56,930 nucleotides of DNA, from IMG/VR virus record IMGVR_UViG_3300042453_005981. One strand, 5' to 3'. Positions within the stretch are counted from its first letter, which is position 1; every line of letters begins with the position of its first letter. Under the pieces are notes generated by a model that was not told where the DNA came from, searched no databases, and saw nothing but the letters and a program-made list of their open reading frames with translations. Positions 40,536 to 49,611 of the stretch are shown piece after piece. The DNA comes from an uncultured virus (IMG/VR IMGVR_UViG_3300042453_005981). Taxonomy: Duplodnaviria; Heunggongvirae; Uroviricota; Caudoviricetes. Both the position numbers and the translations under genes were made by a program.

Positions 40536-40924
40536 ATGAAACTATTTGCTATATTTTTGTACCTATTTCTTTTTCTTTATTTTTTATTATTTTAGTAGGT
40601 TTTCTAAATCACTTTTCATTAATGGAAAACATTGAAGAAGAAGAAAAGAAAAAAACAATTAAAATGAGAGCAGAGGAAGAGAGAAAAAGACTTGAAATAG
40701 AAGCCGAAAAACTAAACTTGCACAACAAGCAATTAAAGCTTCACCTAAAGATTTTGTTGAGCCAGTTCATGGAAAAAAGAATTAAAATAGAAGGAGAGAA
40801 AGCTCAACAGAAAGCTCGCCAGATTGCTCAACTTCAAGAAGAACAACAAAGTCTTAGAATAAAGGCAGAAGAAGCTGAAGCAGAAAGAACTAGAACACAA
40901 TCTCAGATTTGGGTGAATGAATGA
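40532..40924 (+). CDS. QIWV-family membrane protein 5
   Basis: One TM segment, long coiled coil, ends QIWVNE. Confidence 0.7.
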   Translation: MNETICYIFVPISFSLFFIILVGFLNHFSLMENIEEEEKKKTIKMRAEEERKRLEIEAEKLNLHNKQLKLHLKILLSQFMEKRIKIEGEKAQQKARQIAQLQEEQQSLRIKAEEAEAERTRTQSQIWVNE

Positions 40925-41157
40925 TTTCGGAATTGTATTCTGTATTTTCGGAGATGGACTTCTTTTCTAAGTTTTGCTTTTGTTTTGCTCTCTTTATGCT
41001 TGCATTACTCGTGTGGTGTTTCTTTATAACATTTATTCGAGAAGAAGCAGAAGAAGCAGAAGAGAGAAAAAGACTTGAAAAACAGGCAGAAGAAGAAAAA
41101 CTTAAAATTGAAGCCGAAGAAAGAATAAGAGCTAATTCTCAAATATGGGTGATTTGA
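40921..41157 (+). CDS. QIWV-family membrane protein 6
   Basis: One TM segment, ends QIWVI. Confidence 0.7.
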   Translation: MISELYSVFSEMDFFSKFCFCFALFMLALLVWCFFITFIREEAEEAEERKRLEKQAEEEKLKIEAEERIRANSQIWVI

Positions 41158-41199
41158 TTATGCAATTTTTCAATTTCAAGCGTATAAATAGGTGAGCAT

Positions 41200-42174
41200 A
41201 TGTTGAACAAAAATTTTTCAAACGAAGAGCTTCTTGAGCTTAGACGAAAGCACAAAGAAAAACTTGCACTTCAGGAGCAAGAAACCCAGGAATTGCAAAG
41301 AAGAAAAATAGAAGCAGAAAAAAAAGAAGAAGCTGACCGATTGACATTAACAATTAACAAACTCGTTAATTCATTATTTATTGAGTTTAACAAATCCTTT
41401 CAAAGATTTATCCTTACTGAGGATAAAAAATTTGCAATTCAAGTGGATAGTTCACATGCTGTTTCAACTCTGCTTCCTGGTAGTGAAAAATATAGCAATG
41501 TACCTTTTTTGATGCATGAAGCACTAGTTCGAAAAATCAACGATACTTACCCAAAGCTCAAATTTTTGAGCTACGTACAACAAAACGCAAATAATACCTA
41601 CTTTTCAATAGTTTTCGAGCCAATATTGCATAACATTATTCCCTGTGACATAATCTCAGAAACTCTGCCGAGATGGAAATCTATAAAGACTCTGCCACAA
41701 TCTGGAAGTGTGTATGTATGTTACACTAATGTAACTGGCGAAATAAGTATTCATAAATTTGAAGGAATTGATTTAAGTTCTTTAATCAAAAAGCCAGATT
41801 TGCTTCCCACTTTTTGGTTAGAAAAATTACCCAGTTTTAAGGCAAACATTTTAAGTGCTATAAACATAGTTGGTATGTTGTCATTATTATCAAATATTCC
41901 TTTGGTTGTAATTTCAAAGAATTTATTCATCGGGCTTGCTCTTGGCGCTATTGAAAGTATTGCAATGTTTGTTGCCAATCAAGTGCTCAAAAGCGACAGT
42001 ATTGAGTCACAATATTCAGAAGATTTATCAAACTACCTTAAAAGTAATGAATATCTGGCTAATAAAGAGATTGTGTCTTGGTATGATGAATTACCAAAAG
42101 ATTTTGTAGTAGATGAAAAAACAACCAAACAAAAAGCCTTAGCTGAGTTTGATAACATCGCAAACACAATCTAA
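41200..42174 (+). CDS. Hypothetical membrane protein
   Basis: N-terminal coiled coil, two TM segments near the C-terminus. Confidence 0.6.
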   Translation: MLNKNFSNEELLELRRKHKEKLALQEQETQELQRRKIEAEKKEEADRLTLTINKLVNSLFIEFNKSFQRFILTEDKKFAIQVDSSHAVSTLLPGSEKYSNVPFLMHEALVRKINDTYPKLKFLSYVQQNANNTYFSIVFEPILHNIIPCDIISETLPRWKSIKTLPQSGSVYVCYTNVTGEISIHKFEGIDLSSLIKKPDLLPTFWLEKLPSFKANILSAINIVGMLSLLSNIPLVVISKNLFIGLALGAIESIAMFVANQVLKSDSIESQYSEDLSNYLKSNEYLANKEIVSWYDELPKDFVVDEKTTKQKALAEFDNIANTI

Positions 42175-42186
42175 TCTTGCTTTGTT

Positions 42187-42215
42187 TTCCAGGTTTAACA
42201 TTTTTCTAGTATAAT
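42187..42215 (+). promoter_or_regulatory. Conserved sigma70-type promoter (copy 2)
   Basis: TTCCAG-GTTTAACATTTTTCTAG-TATAAT. Confidence 0.7.
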
Positions 42216-42239
42216 TAACCAGGAAGTCAGAATTAAATA

Positions 42240-43652
42240 ATGTTGAAGCCCATTTACACAATCTCATTAATATCTATTACAGCTATGTCAAATGCTCAAT
42301 CTGCAGATTTGTCGTTGCCTGTTGGTAAATCTTCCTTTACCATAGATTCAAATAAAAAAATAAATTGGGCTGGATCAAATATGAAATATGATTTTGGCAA
42401 TTTGAAATATGCTGGGACATTTGCAAATAATTCTCAAGTGCACAATTTCAATGCAAAGCTAAGTGATGTCACAATGAGCTATACAAGTTCTGCTCCAAAA
42501 AACACAGTGGGTATCACTTATCGCGGACTTACATTCACTTCCGAGGATTTCAATCGAAATGAAGTGCAGAATGTATTTGCCTCAAAAGTATTGGTAGATA
42601 ACAAAAATACATTATCTTATCAACAAAAACAATTGTCTATTTCAATGTCAAAGACTATAGGTAGAAATTTTAATTATGATAGCTATTCTTTTGCTTCCAA
42701 GGGGACAAAGATTGATTATGTGGCGTCTGAGAAGCCTTTAATGATGACAGACGCTTGGAATCGCCCCTATGCCTCAGAAACGTCTATTATGTTTCAATCT
42801 CCTACATTCTCAGCACGAATAATGGACAATTATGATGATGTTCTTTATTCAACAAAAGGTTTCTCCATTAGGACTATTCATCATCCTAAAAGATTTGAGA
42901 ATACATTAAACTATTCTAATAAAAACTATAATCTATCTTACGTTCAATTTAATGATGGATACTCTAAAAATTTCTTGAATATAAATGGCAAAGATTTCAA
43001 GTTTAAAATGGCAAACGATGGTGAAACTAATATTAGTCAATTAGAAACAAAAGACACCACAATAGCACATGGTAACAATCAAAACTTTGTTCAATCAAAA
43101 ATTGATAAAATTGAATATAGATTGTCTGAAAGTACAGGCAAAATTAACTATGATGTTAAAGTGGGAAATATTGGCGTAAGAGATGGCGACACATATGGAA
43201 TTGTCCAACCGATTAAAAATGTTTCTGTAAAAGCATCATCTGAAAACGGTGTGGAACAAGTAAGTTATAATACATCTGTAAATAAAACAAATATATCTTT
43301 AAAATACAATAATCAATTTGATGTTTATGATTTTTATTTCAAACAAAATGCATTTAGTGTTTATGAAAACTCATTCTCTTTGATAGGTCAGAATAGATCA
43401 CAATTTAAAGATTCGTTTTCTTTCAGTTTGGTTAATCCAAAATTTAATTTTGCGTCGGATGTTATTAATGACATTTACGCTTTGACATTCAAAAACAGCA
43501 ATAATTTTGTGCTATCAATGATTAAAGATCAAAAACAAAATTTTCTTGGATTGACAAATACAGGTAAATTTGGAAATCTTGGCGTTCAGTATAATATGAA
43601 CACGCAAATGTTCGACAGATTGTCATTTAACTATGTTATCAAATTTCATTGA
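42240..43652 (+). CDS. Secreted beta-rich protein, possible outer-membrane protein
   Basis: Signal peptide ending SNA-Q; amphipathic strands; C-terminal FNYVIKFH resembles a beta-signal. Confidence 0.55.
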   Translation: MLKPIYTISLISITAMSNAQSADLSLPVGKSSFTIDSNKKINWAGSNMKYDFGNLKYAGTFANNSQVHNFNAKLSDVTMSYTSSAPKNTVGITYRGLTFTSEDFNRNEVQNVFASKVLVDNKNTLSYQQKQLSISMSKTIGRNFNYDSYSFASKGTKIDYVASEKPLMMTDAWNRPYASETSIMFQSPTFSARIMDNYDDVLYSTKGFSIRTIHHPKRFENTLNYSNKNYNLSYVQFNDGYSKNFLNINGKDFKFKMANDGETNISQLETKDTTIAHGNNQNFVQSKIDKIEYRLSESTGKINYDVKVGNIGVRDGDTYGIVQPIKNVSVKASSENGVEQVSYNTSVNKTNISLKYNNQFDVYDFYFKQNAFSVYENSFSLIGQNRSQFKDSFSFSLVNPKFNFASDVINDIYALTFKNSNNFVLSMIKDQKQNFLGLTNTGKFGNLGVQYNMNTQMFDRLSFNYVIKFH

Positions 43653-43731
43653 TACCAACGTTTGAGCAAAAATACTCTTCTTCTTAAATCTGGTGCTGGT
43701 TGTATTTTTGGTGAAAGTAAAGTTAAAAACA

Positions 43732-43893
43732 TTAGATTTCCTTAAGTTTGGTAATTGTCTCATTCACTGAATTGATTTCTGTAAGAAGGTGATTCAGTTG
43801 ATCAAAATCACCAATATTTTCAGCTTGTGTATATAGGCTTGTCAAATTTGCCAGTTTTTTTTCAGATAAAGAAATTAGATCTTGTATGCTCAT
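43732..43893 (-). CDS. Small coiled-coil protein (53 aa; not in the ORF track)
   Basis: MSIQDLISLSEKKLANL...TITKLKEI*; starts 1 nt after the stop of the 478-aa gene. Confidence 0.55.
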   Translation of the reverse strand: MSIQDLISLSEKKLANLTSLYTQAENIGDFDQLNHLLTEINSVNETITKLKEI

Positions 43894-43894
43894 A

Positions 43895-45331
43895 TTATAT
43901 CACCATTTGTCTTAACGTAATTGTCGAAGTGTTCAATAAAATATATACATAATTTATCATTGTGCCACCATCTTTGTAAACAATATTAAACGCAGTGTCT
44001 CCAAGTAAAGCTGCGCCGTTCGGATAAAACATTGTGGTCCAACCTGTCATGTTTGATCTAGGAATATTGAAATCGAACCATCGTCCAGTAGCATCTTTCT
44101 GAATATATAGGCTATTATCAACATAAGAATATTTTGTTCCAGTAGTAAATGTTTCTACAGCAGGAGAATATGTTACAGCACTCCATATTCCTAAAGGAAT
44201 ATCATATCTGTCAAGGAGAGCTCCAGCCGCTCCTCTAAACGAATAGATATATTTTCCATTAAGAATAGCAGATTGATTCGTCCAATCAGAATCTGTGCAA
44301 TCATCAATGAAATGAGCTGACATACCTGTACCTGGAGCACCACCTCTTGCCACGCCTGGATTAAGTTGTATCCATGTATTTATACCTATAGAATATCTGT
44401 AAAGCTGAACTGAGTTGTTTCCTAAAAAGTAAAGAAAATCATCATTGGCTTCAATAGAGTAAATTGATGTTGTATCAGGTGTTGTTATCCATGTGGCAAC
44501 ACCTAAAGATGTTGCAGTATTTGAAATAATTGTTCTGATTTGCCCTGCTCCTGCTCCACCCTTTAATCTTACTTGATAATTTACCCATTGGTTGGTTGTC
44601 CATGTTTTTGTATTATCAGAAATCGTAGTTGTAGTTGCGGCTGAAGCTAAACCTACTGAAAAAGAATTATAGTCTGTAGCATGACCATGCCAAGCTGCTG
44701 TAGGAACTAATTTTGCATCAGTACCCACTGTTGCTGGAAAATTAACAATGCTTAAAGAAATGTAAGTGTTTGTAGCGTAGTCATAAACCCTATATGAACC
44801 TGCGGCAAGAGTACCAGCACTTAAAAGGTAAAAGCGAGGCGTTATGAGTCTGTATCGAGTTTCTGTACTGAAACCACTCGCTTGTGGAGCAACAAAAATT
44901 GTTGCATTGGCTCCAACTGTGTTTGATACAATACCCAAGGTCAAACCAGAATTTGGTCCTGATAAAATATTAACATGGTATCCTCTTAGATCTCTAGCCA
45001 AGCTTTGGTTTGTAATTATTGTTTGATTGCTTCCACCAAGAGCAGACAATGACGTAATACCTACAGATGATCCAAAAGATATGGGGTGACCAGCTCCACA
45101 CGCTCCAGCGCCAAATGCACCTGTAAGTGCAGGTGAGGGCACTTGTACCCAGCCATCTTCATAAGGGTTATATAAATATGCCACAGTAGCTGAGACCACA
45201 TATAATTGTTGTTGATTGACTCCATTACTACTTACAATATGTGCTCCAGCGACTGTAGCCGTTGGAGCAGGTGTTACCATTTCCCATCTTTTCAAATCAA
45301 GTATTTTTCGATTTCCATTTGTGGTAGCCAT
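43895..45331 (-). CDS. Putative virion structural or tail-associated beta-propeller-like protein
   Basis: Gly/Thr/Ala-rich; two G.G.GQ.R.I.SNT-type modules; Kelch-like YDY..NT and RYSI..NTW segments. Confidence 0.55.
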   Translation of the reverse strand: MATTNGNRKILDLKRWEMVTPAPTATVAGAHIVSSNGVNQQQLYVVSATVAYLYNPYEDGWVQVPSPALTGAFGAGACGAGHPISFGSSVGITSLSALGGSNQTIITNQSLARDLRGYHVNILSGPNSGLTLGIVSNTVGANATIFVAPQASGFSTETRYRLITPRFYLLSAGTLAAGSYRVYDYATNTYISLSIVNFPATVGTDAKLVPTAAWHGHATDYNSFSVGLASAATTTTISDNTKTWTTNQWVNYQVRLKGGAGAGQIRTIISNTATSLGVATWITTPDTTSIYSIEANDDFLYFLGNNSVQLYRYSIGINTWIQLNPGVARGGAPGTGMSAHFIDDCTDSDWTNQSAILNGKYIYSFRGAAGALLDRYDIPLGIWSAVTYSPAVETFTTGTKYSYVDNSLYIQKDATGRWFDFNIPRSNMTGWTTMFYPNGAALLGDTAFNIVYKDGGTMINYVYILLNTSTITLRQMVI

Positions 45332-45332
45332 A

Positions 45333-45773
45333 TTAATTCACTGTTATATTCCTTCTTAAATTGTCTGCCGCAAATTGCATTATAGCTGGGATCTGAGGGA
45401 CAGCTGATAAACCTCCCATTTGCGATTGGTTAGTCAAAGTAGTTACAGTAGTTACAGTAGTTACAGTAGTTACAGTAGCAAGCGTAAGGTTTGCTGTTAT
45501 TGAATCTAAAAGTATCCTCAAACGTCCTGATGTATCAGGATAAGCTAAACCAATTGTTCGGTTCAAGGATTGCACACTCATCCTAATTGCCTCTAAACAT
45601 TCAACAATTTCTCCTTGTGTAATTGTAGCAGGTAATGGATTTGTCAAAGAGACATCTGTGGCAGTGCCATCCTCACCAAATGATTGTTTTACTCTTTGGT
45701 ATTGAATACCTCCAACATCATCTGAGGCTATGAGTGTAGAACCGCTAGGTGCATAGTTTACATTATCTGGCAT
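45333..45773 (-). CDS. Putative virion protein
   Basis: YQRVK..FG.DG.A.DVS..NPLP motif and a TVT repeat; apparently co-transcribed with the 478-aa gene. Confidence 0.55.
   Translation of the reverse strand: MPDNVNYAPSGSTLIASDDVGGIQYQRVKQSFGEDGTATDVSLTNPLPATITQGEIVECLEAIRMSVQSLNRTIGLAYPDTSGRLRILLDSITANLTLATVTTVTTVTTVTTLTNQSQMGGLSAVPQIPAIMQFAADNLRRNITVN
45439..45478. repeat. 9-bp tandem repeat (GTAGTTACA)x4 encoding TVTTVT
   Basis: Seen directly within the 45333-45773 ORF. Confidence 0.85.
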
Positions 45774-45821
45774 TATTTATATTTTACATCTAAAACACAA
45801 TCTCACCTTTTTTAAATAAAA

Positions 45822-45845
45822 AAGGGAGGCGTTGTAGCCTCCCTT
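45822..45845 (-). terminator. Intrinsic terminator downstream of dnaK
   Basis: AAGGGAGGC-GTTGTA-GCCTCCCTT hairpin with a T run on the minus strand. Confidence 0.8.
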
Positions 45846-45866
45846 CTATTTTAGTTCAATTGATGA

Positions 45867-47732
45867 TTAATCAACTACTTCAGCGTCCACAACATTAGGA
45901 TCTATCACTTCTTCATTAGACCCTTGAACATTTTGGTACAATACTTCTGAAAGTTTATGTGAAACTTGCAGTAGGTTGTCTTTAGCTGTTTGAATTTGAT
46001 TTTTGTCATTTGTTTTTAAAGCTTCTTTAGTTTTTTCTAAAGCTTCTTGAACATCATCAATCAAGTTTTGCTCTGCTTTATCTTTCGACATTTCAATCGT
46101 GGTTTCTATACTAGAGCACAAAGTTTCAGTCTCATTCTTCAAGAGAATAAACTCTTTTGCTTCTTTATCTGCTTCAGCATATTCTTCAGCCTCTTTGATC
46201 ATTCGATCAATTTCATCTTTTTCCAAGTTCGAAGATTGTGTGATTGTGATACTTTGCTCTTTGCCAGTTCCAAGATCTTTTGCTTTCACACTTAAAATAC
46301 CATTGGCATCTAAAGAAAACTCCACTTCGATTTGTGGGATTCTTGCTGGCGCAGGAGCAATCCCCGAAAGATTGAACATACCCAAGCTTTTGTTGTCTTT
46401 GGCAATAGGTCTTTCGCCTTGTAAGATATGAATAGTAACCTCAGTCTGATTATTAACAGCAGTGGTATATACACTCTTTTTCTGTGTCGGAATAGTCGTG
46501 TTTTTTTCAATAAGCACATCAACCATTCCTCCATTTACTTCAACACCCAAACTCAAAGGAGTGACATCTAAAAGAATAATGTCCTTGACATCTCCTGCCA
46601 AAATGCCTCCTTGAACTGCCGCTCCAAGAGCCACTGCCTCATCAGGATTCACACCTTTAGATGGCTCTAAGCCTGTAATTTCCTTAATCAAACTTTGAAC
46701 ACAAGGGATTCGTGAACTACCACCAACAAGAATTACTTCATTAATCTTAGATTTGTCCACACCTTCCTTGAGAGCATTTAGCAATGGTTTTTTGATTCGA
46801 TCCAAGAGGGGTTTCACCATAGATTCAAAATTAGCCTTAGTCAATTCTAAATCAACATGCAATGGATTTCCATCCACTGCTGTAATGTAAGGAAGATTTA
46901 TTGATGTGGTTGCCTGTGAAGAAAGTTCAATTTTAGCTTTTTCTGAAGCTTCTTTCACTCTTTGCATTGCCGCTGAATCTTTGCTGATATCTACACCAGT
47001 AGATTTTTTTGTTTCAGAAACAATCCATTCCGATACTTTATTATCAAAATCATCTCCACCTAAATGACTATCTCCTGAAGTGCTCAAAACCTCAAATGTT
47101 CCATCACCAATATCGAGAATAGAAACATCAAAAGTTCCTCCACCAAGGTCGAAAACCAAAATATAACCTTCTTTATCCTTGCTTACACCATAAGCCAAAG
47201 CCGCAGCTGTTGGCTCATTGATGATTCTCACTACTTCAAGCCCAGCAATTTCTCCTGCATTTTTTGTAGCTTGTCTTTGTGAGTCATCAAAGTAAGCAGG
47301 GACAGTAATCACTGCTTTACTAACAGTGGTTCCTAAGTAACTTTCAGCATCCACTTTAATTTTTTGAAGAACTGCCGCTGAAATTTCTTCTGGTGTAAAA
47401 TCTTTACCCACCGCAGGAATTTCAATTACAGCTAAGCCCTTTTTGTTTTTCTTAACCTTATAACTAACTTTACCCACTTCATTAGAAATCTCATCATACT
47501 TGTGTCCCATAAAACGCTTGACAGATGAGATTGTGTTTTTGTGATTAGTGACAGCACTCCGTTTTGCAGAAATGCCAACAATCCGCTCACCATCTTTTTT
47601 CCACGATACTACGGAAGGAATAGTTCTATTTCCTTCAGATGACGAAATCACTTTAGCTTCACCAGCTTCCATGATAGCAACGCACGAATTAGTCGTGCCA
47701 AGGTCGATTCCTAATATGTATTCTTTTGCCAT
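45867..47732 (-). CDS. dnaK: Molecular chaperone DnaK (Hsp70)
   Basis: GIDLGTTNSC, TVPAYF, INEPTAAA, DLGGGTFDVS, LVGGSSRIP, NPDEAVA; start MAKEYILG. Confidence 0.97.
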   Translation of the reverse strand: MAKEYILGIDLGTTNSCVAIMEAGEAKVISSSEGNRTIPSVVSWKKDGERIVGISAKRSAVTNHKNTISSVKRFMGHKYDEISNEVGKVSYKVKKNKKGLAVIEIPAVGKDFTPEEISAAVLQKIKVDAESYLGTTVSKAVITVPAYFDDSQRQATKNAGEIAGLEVVRIINEPTAAALAYGVSKDKEGYILVFDLGGGTFDVSILDIGDGTFEVLSTSGDSHLGGDDFDNKVSEWIVSETKKSTGVDISKDSAAMQRVKEASEKAKIELSSQATTSINLPYITAVDGNPLHVDLELTKANFESMVKPLLDRIKKPLLNALKEGVDKSKINEVILVGGSSRIPCVQSLIKEITGLEPSKGVNPDEAVALGAAVQGGILAGDVKDIILLDVTPLSLGVEVNGGMVDVLIEKNTTIPTQKKSVYTTAVNNQTEVTIHILQGERPIAKDNKSLGMFNLSGIAPAPARIPQIEVEFSLDANGILSVKAKDLGTGKEQSITITQSSNLEKDEIDRMIKEAEEYAEADKEAKEFILLKNETETLCSSIETTIEMSKDKAEQNLIDDVQEALEKTKEALKTNDKNQIQTAKDNLLQVSHKLSEVLYQNVQGSNEEVIDPNVVDAEVVD

Positions 47733-47842
47733 ATAAATAATATACAAAAAAATAATAAAAAAAGTTGCTTTTTTTTCATACTTAAATCAATTGCACTTAA
47801 ATGACTTGAGTGTTATATTATCAATAGTCTTATGTTATTTTT

Positions 47843-47871
47843 TTCCAGGTTTAACATTTTTGATTTATAAT
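47843..47871 (+). promoter_or_regulatory. Conserved sigma70-type promoter (copy 3) heading the small-ORF tract
   Basis: TTCCAG-GTTTAACATTTTTGATT-TATAAT. Confidence 0.7.
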
Positions 47872-47875
47872 AGTC

Positions 47876-48115
47876 ATGAATAATTCGTATAATTCTTATA
47901 AAGAGTACTCAGATGATTTTATCACAAATCATCCTGAGCTTTTCGACAGAGTGATGCTTAAAGTAAATGCTACAATTAAGCTAAGTTTTGAAGCACACAG
48001 TGATTCCACTGAAGAAGATTTGTTAAAAATGGCGCGACAATTCATCGCAGATGGTGGCGAGATTGTGTGTGAGATGGATTTTACAAATCCTAATGATGAG
48101 GTTTGGGAGAAATAA
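47876..48115 (+). CDS. Hypothetical protein
   Basis: ATG 4 nt after the promoter -10 box. Confidence 0.6.
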   Translation: MNNSYNSYKEYSDDFITNHPELFDRVMLKVNATIKLSFEAHSDSTEEDLLKMARQFIADGGEIVCEMDFTNPNDEVWEK

Positions 48116-48119
48116 AACT

Positions 48120-48518
48120 ATGAAAGAAACAGAAAAAATTGCAAAAGATATGGCACAGACAAATGAAAATACATTAACTGCCGAAGAAGAACTAGAACTT
48201 AGGTTCCTTACCGCTTATTCAGAAGGTATGGATTCTTTCATCAAGTTTATTTTAAGCTATATTGGCATCTCGGCAATAATCATAACTTCTATCAATCTTT
48301 ATAATTTGTATACTGGCAAGCTTATAAGTAGCGTAGCTGGTCAACAACTTTTTGTTTTTTCTGAAGAATTTTTTGAAGTAAATACTTTTGAAATACTTAA
48401 TTGGTGTATTATTACTGGATTTCCTCTTGGCTTGTTAAGTCCATTTTTATTTAACTTTTGGGATGAATTGAAAAACTTTTGGGATAAATTGAAAAAAAGT
48501 AAGGAGAAAAACTCATGA
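48120..48518 (+). CDS. Hypothetical membrane protein
   Basis: GGGAG SD; two hydrophobic segments. Confidence 0.55.
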   Translation: MKETEKIAKDMAQTNENTLTAEEELELRFLTAYSEGMDSFIKFILSYIGISAIIITSINLYNLYTGKLISSVAGQQLFVFSEEFFEVNTFEILNWCIITGFPLGLLSPFLFNFWDELKNFWDKLKKSKEKNS

Positions 48519-48859
48519 AAAATACATTTTTAATTGTAACAATATTAGCTTTTAATCTAGTTGGATGTGGCAATTTGAAGCAATCAAGTTCAAAGACCAC
48601 TGTCTTACCAAGTGGAATTAAACTTAAAATTGAAAATAAACCTAACAATTCAATAACTGAACCATATCTTACATTCGCTACCTATTACATACCCGCAGAC
48701 CAAAAATTTGTTCACTTCAGAAAATATGAGTTTTCTTATGAGGGTCAAATGACAACCAGAATGCGGAGACAGGATGATGCTTATGATGTCTATACAATTG
48801 CTTCATGTGGTCCTAAAATAACTATTGTAGAGGAAAAGCCCATTGGAGAAATAAAATGA
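48515..48859 (+). CDS. Putative lipoprotein (paralog A)
   Basis: Lipobox LVGC; paralog of 49612-50004. Confidence 0.7.
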   Translation: MKNTFLIVTILAFNLVGCGNLKQSSSKTTVLPSGIKLKIENKPNNSITEPYLTFATYYIPADQKFVHFRKYEFSYEGQMTTRMRRQDDAYDVYTIASCGPKITIVEEKPIGEIK

Positions 48860-49164
48860 CACAATCTGAATTTTTAGAAGAAAAACAAAAAAAGAAAAAA
48901 AAATTTGAGAAACTTTTTTTGGAGGAATTTAATTCTGAATTGGCAAAATACTTCAGAACAGCATGCCCTAGAATTTATGTTGACACAAGTTATTATTTCA
49001 GTAAAAAAGAAGCGCTTGCAATTATTGCGTCTGAGCATCCTGATTTAAAATTAAGATTGCGATTTTATCGTCAAGTTGATAACATGTACACACGACATAG
49101 TTTACAGTATAAATTTACTCCAAAAAGAAAATTCACAATCTTTGGGCGTGAGGTTTGGATTTAA
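48856..49164 (+). CDS. Hypothetical protein
   Basis: GGAG SD, ATGA overlap. Confidence 0.55.
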   Translation: MTQSEFLEEKQKKKKKFEKLFLEEFNSELAKYFRTACPRIYVDTSYYFSKKEALAIIASEHPDLKLRLRFYRQVDNMYTRHSLQYKFTPKRKFTIFGREVWI

Positions 49165-49181
49165 TTTTGTATAAATAGTTT

Positions 49182-49478
49182 ATGACAGAAAAAACTTCAA
49201 TTTCAGATACATCAGAAACTCTATCCACAGCCCGAAACTTTGAGGGTACATTAGCTTTTGGCTCTTGGGCATATAATGATATGCAAAAACTTTTCTTAGG
49301 AAATGCTGAAGGGTGTGTTGGCTATTGGGTTTTGCATGATAAATTGGGATTTTATACTAAAAGAAGACCAAATTGGATACAAAAACTTGCTGGAAAATTC
49401 TTCTTCGGTTTGAAGTGGGTTGATGATGCAGAAACACCAAAAAAACTTATGGATAAATTCAAAGCACAAAACGCATGA
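49182..49478 (+). CDS. Hypothetical protein
   Basis: RPNW....FFGLKW segment resembles that of 52682-52870. Confidence 0.55.
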   Translation: MTEKTSISDTSETLSTARNFEGTLAFGSWAYNDMQKLFLGNAEGCVGYWVLHDKLGFYTKRRPNWIQKLAGKFFFGLKWVDDAETPKKLMDKFKAQNA

Positions 49479-49611
49479 TTGTTTTTACCTATTTTGTTTT
49501 AGCTGTATTTTTTTTAACCATTTTTTTTCTTATAATTGAGTTTGAGCCAGAAATAATACAACAAATGGATTAGTGGTTTCGTATATTCTTTTTGTGAAAA
49601 CAGAAAAACTC

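Noticed and set aside
39240..41157. Diversity-generating retroelement TR/VR pair in the QIWV array
   Set aside because: No reverse transcriptase in the window; differences between the duplicated 3' ends include C/T changes and are not adenine-specific
46047..47736. Antisense ORFs inside dnaK and similar shadow ORFs (e.g. 50169-50762, 35981-36358, 12283-12630)
   Set aside because: They lie opposite well-supported genes and lack promoter motifs or recognisable domains
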